The notes under the pieces: model-generated
The model's database searches: none
What the model was told of the DNA's origin: nothing
What the model saw: the letters and a program-made list of their open reading frames with translations, nothing else
Shown here: piece after piece, positions 37,101 through 46,013 of the stretch
Position numbering within the stretch: the stretch's first letter is position 1
Layout of the letters: each line of letters opens with the position of its first letter
Program-made: the position numbers and the translations under genes
Assembly: GCA_026026165.1 (NCBI GenBank)
Contig: JAPEUD010000114.1
Span: 1-48,553 of the forward strand
From: Sarea resinae
Taxonomy: Eukaryota
Direction of reading: 5' to 3'
DNA: 48,553 nucleotides

Positions 37101-39442
37101 CGGCACTGGAAGAGAAATATGCAGTCCTTACCAAAGAGAACGTGCAGCAATTGCATGAGCTAATCCGACCATTTTTCCTCCGTCGCACGAAATTGCAAGT
37201 TCTGAAATTTCTGCCGCCAATGGCTCAGATCATCATACCTGTTACGATGACTGTTCTGCAGAAGAAGCTATACAAATCAATACTTGCGAAGAATCCGGAT
37301 CTCATTAAGGCCATTCTCGGTCGAGGTCGGTCTCTCAAGCAGTCGGAACGCTCCAATCTCAATAACCTCTTAATGCAATTGAGGAAATGCCTATGCCACC
37401 CTTTCATCTTCAATCAAGCGATAGAAGAACGAAGCTTGGACCCGGTCATTTCTTACCGAAACCTAGTCGAAGCATCGCCTAAATTGAAGTTGTTAGAGAT
37501 TATGCTTCCGAAGCTTAGGGAACGAGGCCATCGCATCCTGATCTTCAGTCAATTCCTAGGCATGCTGGTAAGTTTGAATCATTGTGCAAATAGAAACATG
37601 TTAAGGCCTTCTAGGATTTAATGGAGGACTTTCTACTGGGTCTTCAACTGCCTTATCAACGACTTGACGGGAGCATCAATAGTTTGCAGAAACAAAAACG
37701 GATTGATGCATTCAACGCACCCAAGTCGGAGTTGTTTGCATTCCTTTTGTCGACTCGGGCCGGAGGCGTCGGTATAAATCTTGCAACAGCAGATACAGTC
37801 ATTATCATGGATCCAGACTTCAACCCGCATCAGGACATTCAAGCACTATCTCGAGCGCATCGCATCGGACAAGAGAAAAAGGTACTCGTCTTCCAATTGA
37901 TGACTCGAGACAGTGCCGAGGAAAAGATTATCCAGATAGGGAGAAAGAAAATGGCTCTCGATCATGTTCTGATTGAACAAATGGATGCTGAAGACGACGC
38001 TGATCTCGACCTTGAATCGATCATTCGCCATGGCGCCACAGCACTTTTCGATGGTGATAATGAGCGGGACATTCACTATGACTCTGCGTCAGTCGATAAG
38101 CTACTTGATCGTAGCCAGGCGGAGAGCACGCAGAGCGGCGATGACTCTGCAGAATCCCAATTTAGTTTTGCCCGAGTCTGGGCCAATGAGCAAGCATCGC
38201 TTGAAGAAGGACTGGCAGACTCAGAGGAGGTTGAAGATGATCAGGGCCCTAGTTCGACTGTTTGGGACCAGATTCTGAAGGAGAGAGAACGGGCTGCGGC
38301 CGAAGAGGCCGCTGCTCGCATGGAGGTTCTAGGTAGAGGCAAGCGCAAGCGTCAGGTGAGTAATCAAACCACAGATTGACCTCAGGCAATGGCATCCTGA
38401 CGTCCTCTAGACTGTTGACTATTCCGCCCATGAAATGCGTTCATCAGAGAAGCATCTTGCATCCGATTCCGACAGTGATACAGACTTCCAACAGAAGGCA
38501 GTCGAGAGCGAGCCTGAAGAGAGCGCGGAAGAGCCTGATGGTGATGTAGTCTTGGACGAGCTCAAGCCGTTGCCCTTTGCTCCTCCTCGGGGTATTGCAG
38601 CCTCGCAACAGGGTCCTTCAGCATCGAATAAAGGCAGGTCTACCTTTCTGTCCTATTCTGCCTTCGAAATGGCGTTGTGTGACACATAAAACTAATGAAT
38701 TACAGCCCAATCATTCAGTCGCGCGCGGGTCCCGCCTATGCAAAATGTCACTAATCCGCCAAGCTCGGCCAATGCTATACCAGCAACAAAAGGTCCTCCC
38801 ACCAGACCATTCTGCTATGCGTGCAATACCGTTCACGCCCCTGGTTGGTGTCCCCTCAAATTGGGTGGTGTTGAACATTGTGGCCTTTGTGGTCTCGCTC
38901 ACTACGGCGAGGGCCGCACATGCCCGCACATAAATTCCGAGACCCAAGTGCGCCTCATGCTCGAAGCACTCAAGCATAGTCCTGAACCCGAGCATCTTCG
39001 CCATGCTGCCATCAAGTATCTTACAGGCGTCAAGGGTCATCTGGCCGTGCGGAATCGTAAGAACCGTGCAATCGCTAGCGACGCCACTCATGCTCATGGT
39101 GCTCATGGTGTTGTGAACGCATCTGCTGTGAACGTATCTGCTGCTGGTATGCGGCCGTCTCAGTTCCTCAATCATATTCAACAGCCTCTACAAGTTGGCG
39201 GCGTCCATCCTGATCCCCACGCCCAGCCTCGTGGGCCCCATCAGGCACTCATTGGTCCGGACGGCCGCGTGAGGTTTACGAGCGACTTCAACGCCCAGTC
39301 TTTTGCTCTCAACTCTACGGCAACTCCTCGCATGGCAACTACAGGAACGCCTATTTCATCTCCTTATTTCACAAATGGTGTTCTGCCTTCGAACAATCAA
39401 GGTCCTGATCAATCGAAGGAGGGGCGAGAGAGACAGGTGTGA
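34141..39442 (+). CDS. mit1: Mit1/CHD(Mi-2)-type chromatin-remodelling ATPase (PHD-like fingers, chromodomains, SNF2 N and helicase C domains, C-terminal Cys/His zinc finger)
   Basis: Introns 34459-34579, 36978-37028, 37568-37614, 38356-38410 and one ending at 38705. Motifs CDSC..CQGCSLSYHKNCL, EYLIKWDGLSY, VYVKFKGLGYEETVWE, ILADEMGLGKT, IVDEGQRLKN, LLTGTPLQNN, LSTRAGGVGINL, QALSRAHRIGQ and CYAC..H..CPLK..EHCGLCGLAHYG..CPH. Confidence 0.9.
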
Positions 39443-40528
39443 CCAGGAGATGTTAAGGTTGGTCGAGGCGGTAGGTGGATGGATGTGAGAGCTTCGTGCA
39501 TCTGCGTGGTTTTGGATTGCCTTCAATTCTCTTCGTTTCTTCTTTCATCCACTAGGGTAGGTAGGTGATCGGGATCTTTCCTGCGCTCCATACCTTCGAG
39601 TCGTTTCTTTGCTAGGTGTATTTTAATCTGACCCGGGACCTGGTTCTTTTCAAACTGGCGAAAGAGAGCGGTTGCTTCGATCTCATTTCAGCTTCTTCAA
39701 ATGCGTGGGTGGTTGCATAGGTTGGCAGGAATAGATAAGGCCTCGAGCTTCATAGGTAGTGAACAGAAAATACGATATCAACTACCATGGCTATCGCGCA
39801 AACGGACTCACTCAATATCTCTCGACCGTAGTCAAGTGATAGTGGTCATATGTACAAAGTGCTATTATTGAGATAGCCTGTTGCTTACGACGTTACTCTG
39901 ACATGGTAGAAAGGCCGGTCTCGGACTTGCCCTACTACGCCTGATCTAATCCTTTTCCACGTCGTACACGATCGTATCGACCTATGACGTTGGGTAAGTA
40001 CGAGTAAGTCCGACCCGCATCTCGTCCCGTTTGTTTACCGTTGGGGGGGCTAAGAGAGAAGGGGGGGCATCGGAATGGTTCTCTGCCTCTATTTGTCTCA
40101 GAGCTTTCCTTGAGGTGCCATGGTGGTTATTTCCTTGCGTGCGATCCACTTACAAGCATGGTTGCATTCATGATTGTTTCCTCGCGCCATTAGCAGTATG
40201 GACTTGACCCACTGTTGATGGCTTTGCCTCCGAACTTGTCATCACCAAGTCTGAGGTCGGCGTAGCTCATGTCCTATTTCGGCAACTAGTGCGGGGCATG
40301 GCGGGGCTCTCGGAGTGAGATGCCTCGTATATGAATGAGCTCGCACCCCCAATGCCCCTCCAGACTTTCTTCCTGCACCATCCATCTTACAAGAAAATCG
40401 ATCTCTTATTTAAGCAATCTCAGATACCGACCTACCCATCAACGAAACACAGAAACTTGGTACGATATGGCTGGAAAAGCAATGGGACCTATTGCGTTGG
40501 AGCTATCAATGGATCAAGGTAACTTCTG

Positions 40529-40704
40529 AAAGCATGGCGGGTGTTCGATCTCGGCTTCAATTTCTCTTTCCATCTGCCGCTCTCGGAACACTGGATGTTC
40601 TTGAGGAGCTGCAGAGGATGAGAGAGGTTGTCGCTCGTTGATTGTTCTGAGATTATACCGTACATGAACTTGATCTGGATAATTCCAGCGAAAGGACATG
40701 CTTT
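40529..40704 (+). promoter_or_regulatory. TPP (thiamine pyrophosphate) riboswitch in the 5'-UTR intron of NMT1
   Basis: P1 AAAGCATG(40529-36)/CATGCTTT(40697-704); GCGGGTG; long P3; CTGAGA(40647-52); ATACCGT; GAACTTGATCTGGATAATTCCAGCGAAAGG. It lies between 5' splice sites at 40460 and 40519 and a 3' splice site at ~40750, just upstream of the NMT1 ATG. Confidence 0.96.
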
Positions 40705-40768
40705 TCTCCCTTCTCCCCGTCGTTGAGTTACTTACACTGAGCAGCTTCAGCAATCACAAGCTGGGAAT

Positions 40769-42015
40769 ATGTCTACCGATAAGATTACGTTCCTCACCAA
40801 CTGGTAGACTATGCAGCCATTGATCTGCTAGGTGTATAATACTGACCTTCATCATCAAGGCACGCTACGCCGTACCACGCTCCTTTATACCTTGCTCAAG
40901 CCAAGGGTTTCTTCAAGGAAGAAGGCATCAAGGTTGCCATTCTTGAACCCAATGATCCCAGTGTAAGTGGCTTTCGGAACCGCCCACCAGTTGTGCCTGA
41001 GTGACTAATTGATGCTTAGGATGTCACCGAGATCATCGGATCCGGGAAGGTTGATCTTGGTTTCAAGGCCATGATCCATACATTGGCTGTAAAACGCCCG
41101 CGTCTACATATAGCTTAGCATATGCTAACGATATCATAGGCCAAAGCTCGTGGCTATCCTGTTCGCTCCATTGGATCTCTTCTGGACGAACCGTTCACCG
41201 GAGTCATCTACCTCAAGGATAGTGGAATTACCACCGACTTCCATTCCCTAAAAGGCAAACGCATTGGTTACGTTGGTGAATTTGGGAAGGTAATATACCT
41301 CCACCGCTATCTAGAACAAGCAATCGCTGATGAAATATCATAGATTCAAATCGACGAGCTGACCAGCCATTATGGCATGACTCCCGATGACTATACTGCT
41401 GTTCGTTGCGGCATGAACGTCACCAAGGCCATCAAAGAAGGTCTCATCGATGCTGGTATCGGCCTCGAGAATGTCCAGATGGTCGAACTTGAGGAGTGGT
41501 TGGCCTCCGAAGGCCGCCCGAAGAGCGATGTGCAGATGCTGCGGATCGACCAGCTCGCCGAACTTGGCTGCTGCTGCTTCTGCACTATTCTGTACATTGG
41601 CAACGAGACGTTCATCACGGAGAATCCAGCCAAGGTCTCTGCCTTCCTTCGCGCTATCAAACGCGCCACAGACTATGTTCTCGCGGAGCCGCAGCAAGCC
41701 TTTGCTGATTACATCGCGGTCAAGCCAGTCATAAACACTCCTGTCAACCGCAAGATTTTCGAGCGCTCCTTTGCGTACTTCTCAAAGGACGTCAAGAATG
41801 TCAAGCGTGACTGGGAGAAAGTCACAAAGTATGGAAAGCGCCTCGGTGTCTTGTCCCCAGACTTTCTTCCCAACTACACGAACGGCTTTCTGGACTGGTC
41901 CCTCGATGCGGAATCCTCTGACCCCATGGGCGATCAAAAGAGGATGGCGGAATTGCAAAAGGGGGTCGCTGCTCATGGTGGTTTCCATCGCCTTGGCGGC
42001 ACCTCGAAGGCTTAG
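40769..42015 (+). CDS. NMT1: 4-amino-5-hydroxymethyl-2-methylpyrimidine phosphate synthase (thiamine pyrimidine biosynthesis; NMT1/THI5)
   Basis: ATG at 40769; introns 40804-40859, 40963-41019, 41089-41139 and 41290-41343. Protein reads [88 protein letters not shown] (CCCFC motif). Confidence 0.97.
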
Positions 42016-42487
42016 GCTGCCGAGTGACTGGACAGAACAAGTCGATGGTTGATGGCAGGAACTTGTGGGTCTTCCGACTAATTGTCGCTCGTTCATATCA
42101 ATTGTGTCGCCCATGTCTTCCGACGCTAGTTTTACGAATGATATCATGTTCGTAGATATCTCTGTCCTGCATGTAGTTGTGCTCCCCGTTCGAACAAAGA
42201 GCACGTTGATCTGATATGATCTTCTGGTCTCAAGATCCCACTCATCAGATTGAGAGTTTTCCCGGCTATTGTAGGTTCCCGGCACAGCGAAATATCAACA
42301 GTTGCAAAGGCTACGTCATAGGGATTCGTACGCCACCGTAGTGGTGTCCGCTAACTCCGACCGATTACGTCTGCCAACGACAGCCACAGTAGCTCATGAT
42401 TCCCTTGCGATAGTGTTGACAATTGGGCTTCTGATACAGAGTAGCTGCGAAGAAGATCACGATATCGTTGATCGAAGGTATAGATCG

Positions 42488-44059
42488 ATGCTCGGAGCAT
42501 CTTACAGATGTACTCGATCCTTCTCGAGGGGAGCAAATTCGATGATGCAGTCTGCGAAAAAGACGTCACCCCGGCGATTCGCTCCTCTCAACCCGGAGCT
42601 GGCCAAGGGTTCCGATGCGCCTATATTGAAGGGGATCGTGTTTGATGTCGATGGGACGTTATGGTAAGAACAATCAAACAGCCATCTCTCCGTGTCATCT
42701 TCAAGTTTGCAAGTTTTTCTTATCTGGGTTACACATGTCCTGCGTCTTTATCTGCCTTGTCAATGGGGCATTGTTTCCTCCTGTACGACCGTGTGTACCA
42801 TGCTCGCGGGGAAGTCGAATTAGTATTATTTCCTCCTGATCCATCTTAAGCTTCCATGCATACAGTGCAGCTTTCATCTGTATACGCTCACATGTATTCT
42901 CGGCTTCACAATTGCTTCTCTGGGAGGATCCCATTTGTCGCAGCGAGGATGAAGAGGAAAAGACAAGATTATTTTCATTGACAGACGAGCACTCCTAATA
43001 TACTAATCATGATACGCCATGCAGTGAACCACAAACCTACATGTTCGGCGACATGAGGTAAGCTCTGCTGCAGCAGTCCTCGCAATCGGTCAGACACAAT
43101 ACCAACATCGGGCTCATGGTCTATCTATCTCATCTTCCAGAGCCGCCGTCGGGATCCCCAAGTCCTCGGACATCCTCGATCACATCTACGCCCTTCCCGA
43201 GGCGCAGCAAGGCCCCGCAATGGAAGCCATCCGCGAGATCGAACGGACGGCCATGGCCTCGCAAACGCCCCAGGCCGGGCTCGTGGAATTGATGGATTAC
43301 CTCGAGGGCCGGGGCGTGAGGAAGGGCATCTGTACGAGGAATTTCGAGTACGTACGCGGTTTGTTAACGACGAGGAGGAGGAGGGCAACCAAATTCCGTG
43401 TTGATCTTGTCCATCCAATCCCATCCAATCCCATCCAATCCCATCCCATCCCATCCCATTATCCGTCCAACAATTTTCCCACCCGTCCTGCCTATCTGAG
43501 TCAAACTGACGCAAACGCGTTTACCCCCAGCACGCCCGTCCAGCACCTGATCTCGACCTTCCTGACCGGCAAGACCTTCTCGCCCATCGTGACGCGCGAA
43601 TTCCGGCCCCCGAAGCCTGACCCGGCAGGCATCCTGCACATCGCACAGTACTGGGCGCTCGGCGACGACCGCGCGGCCGGCCTCATCATGGTCGGCGACA
43701 GCATCGACGACATGACGGCCGGGTTCCGCGCCGGCGCCGCCACCGTCCTGCTGGTCAATGAGGTCAATGCCCATCTCGCCACGCATCAGCACACGGACCT
43801 GTGTATCCGAAGGTGAGAAAAACTGCCCACCTAGAGACTGTAGTGCTGGCATGATCAGTTCAATCGATCGTGTCGATGACGATCAATCAATCAACCACTT
43901 TGCCGATTCTGGGGCGCGGCTGACGCATGATGTTTGATCTCCAGGCTCGATGACTTGATCGGTATTCTCGAGACCGGGTTCGTGGGCGAAATCGGGCAGG
44001 CAGATGAGAAACCGGATACTAAAGCGCAGGCACGGACAGCGTTAGATGAAGCTTCTTGA
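42488..44059 (+). CDS. HAD-superfamily hydrolase (YOR131C-like)
   Basis: Five exons (introns 42664-43024, ~43058-43140, ~43348-43530, ~43813-43944). Motif I FDVDGTLCEPQTYMF, motif II ICTRN, motif III PPKPDPAGILHIA and motif IV MVGDSIDDM. The start could instead be the ATG at 42542/42545. Confidence 0.88.
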
Positions 44060-44119
44060 TTGAATCAGTAGGGCAATTGGTGGTGGGGGGGGGCGGGGAA
44101 GAAGTGTAGGAGAAGTATA

Positions 44120-45020
44120 GGGAAAGGGGAGGCGGGGGGGATATCGTAATGTCTATAACGGTGCTGAAATCCTGCTATAGCTTTTTACAGAGGTAGGTCG
44201 AGGGAGTTTTTGATATTAGCTGCTCTTTGGCTTCTATCTCTTTTCGGTGGTTGTATCCTTTACTATCACTATCACTATACTATATTATACTATATCGTAC
44301 TATACCATACTATAGCCTTACAGAGTAGCTGTCTGTAAGTAAAGCTGAAGAAAACACTGCCATCAATAAGTGACTGTAGTGGTGGCGGCGGCAACGGCGG
44401 CGAGGGGGCTAGGCCTATAACAGAAGTATCTCTCTTTCACTCTGTAAACTTTCGTCTCCCTTCTCTCTTGAAAGATGGTGTGTGTAAGTGTATATACACA
44501 GTAGAAAAGCGCCTTTTATATATATCTAATTCTACTGCTTTATTCTTCCACTTGAAAACAGCTGGTAAAAGAAAAATCTACAACTAAAGTACAATGCTAT
44601 CACTTAACACTAAGTCTACAAGATACTAAGGGAGAGGACCTTACCCCTAACTACACCTATAGCCTAATTTAAAGAACCCTCTCCCCCTCTGCCTTCTCTC
44701 CCTAAAAAAGCAATAATAACAACAAGGCTAAGAGTAATAAAGAGATTAAAGTATAAGAACAAGGTAAATAAGTACAATAGCCTCTAAGATACTATTGCTG
44801 AACAGACAGTGTAGGGGTAGCGCGGGTAGAGCGAACCAAGTAATAAGTGGTATATTACTTAGTACAAAGTAAAAAGTGATAGGCTTATAGTGCCTATAAC
44901 AGAATAAAAAAGACACACGATTAAACAATAACTAGTAGGAGAAGTAGTATCAAGCGATCTAGGAAAGAGTCTGCAGGTAGTACAGAGTAGTACAGTAAGT
45001 ACCTACCTACCTACCTATCC
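44120..45020. repeat. AT/TpA-rich RIP-like repeat relic
   Basis: High TA content (ctatactatattatactatatcgtactataccatactata), few CA/TG, frequent stops and (CCTA)n at the right end. Confidence 0.6.
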
Positions 45021-45024
45021 CCTA

Positions 45025-45180
45025 AGCCGGCATAGCTGCTTAGTGCGAGGGACTGAAAGGGCAACTTTCGCTGCAAGTTCTAATATTCCTACCTGCTATT
45101 CTGTTAGGCTGAGCTATTGCTTAGGTGGGTTTGCGACGAATTTCTGCTGTTGCACTCACCCAGTAGCCATCGTGCCGGCC
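45025..45180. mobile_element. candidate MITE/foldback element flanked by TA
   Basis: TA|AGCCGGCA...TGCCGGCC|TA termini (one G>A mismatch) with nested complementary blocks: AGTGCGA/TTGCACT, GCTGCT/AGTAGC, TTCG/CGAA and TGCAAGTTC/GGGTTTGCG. Confidence 0.45.
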
Positions 45181-45199
45181 TACCTAGGATCGTAAACAA

Positions 45200-45880
45200 T
45201 GACTAGGGAAGCGACGACCGACAAGGGAGGTAACAAGCAAGACAGGAAGCAACGACCGAGACTCAAGTAATGAGTGACAAGACAGGAAATACACGATAGA
45301 GACAGTGAGTAGCAGGAAGACAGTAAACGACAGGAGGACAGGAGAGGTAGGGACAACGAGCGACGGACAGGCAACGAGCTATAGGAGACTAACGAGGGAC
45401 AAGGCGACAGCGAACGACGGAGAGACCAACGAGCGAGCGGGAGATAGGACTGACAAGGAGAGCTAAAGAGCGGCAGGGAGGCTAACGAGCGACAGAGGCA
45501 ATGAGCGACAGACGAGCAACGAGCAACTAGGAGGGAACAAGCGACAGGGAGACCAACGAGCGACAGACGAGCAACGAGTGACAGGGAGAGCTAACGAGCG
45601 AGGGGAGACCAACGAGCGACTAGGAGGCAACGAGCGACAAGAGAACGAGTGACAGGGAGACCAACGAGCGACGGGAAGGCAACGAGCGACAGAAGAACGA
45701 GCGACGGGGAGACCAGCGAGCGACGGGGAGGCAATGAGCGACAGACGAGCAATGAGCGACAGGGAGAGATATCGAGCGAGGGGAGACTAACGAGCGACGC
45801 GGAGGCAACGAGCGACAGAAGAACGAGCGACGGGGAGACAGGGAGCAACAAGAAGGATGCGATAGCAACGAGCGACAGGT
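45200..45880 (+). repeat. degenerate tandem array of AACGAGCGAC units (period about 15-19 bp)
   Basis: Roughly 25-30 copies counted by eye (e.g. 45484, 45555, 45611, 45629, 45663, 45681, 45696, 45789, 45807, 45822, 45867), separated by short purine-rich linkers (agggagacc, agaag, gggaggc). Confidence 0.9.
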
Positions 45881-46013
45881 GAGTGGTGAGCAAGAAGCCT
45901 GTAGTGACAGAAAGAGAACAGCAAGATCAAGCAAAAGAATCCGCTTAGATGGAATATGGCTAATTATGGTTCTTACTTTCTACGAGCATCCAAATATTAG
46001 CTGGGCCTTATAT

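Noticed and set aside
45084..45095. ATATTCCTA, identical to the snR30/U17 m1 motif
   Set aside because: No matching m2 (AAACCAT) or ACA box at the proper position. It lies inside a TA-flanked foldback in a repeat zone.
45200..45880. CRISPR-like repeat-spacer appearance of the AACGAGCGAC array
   Set aside because: Repeats are only 10 bp and linkers are 5-9 bp and recur. The context is eukaryotic and there are no cas genes.
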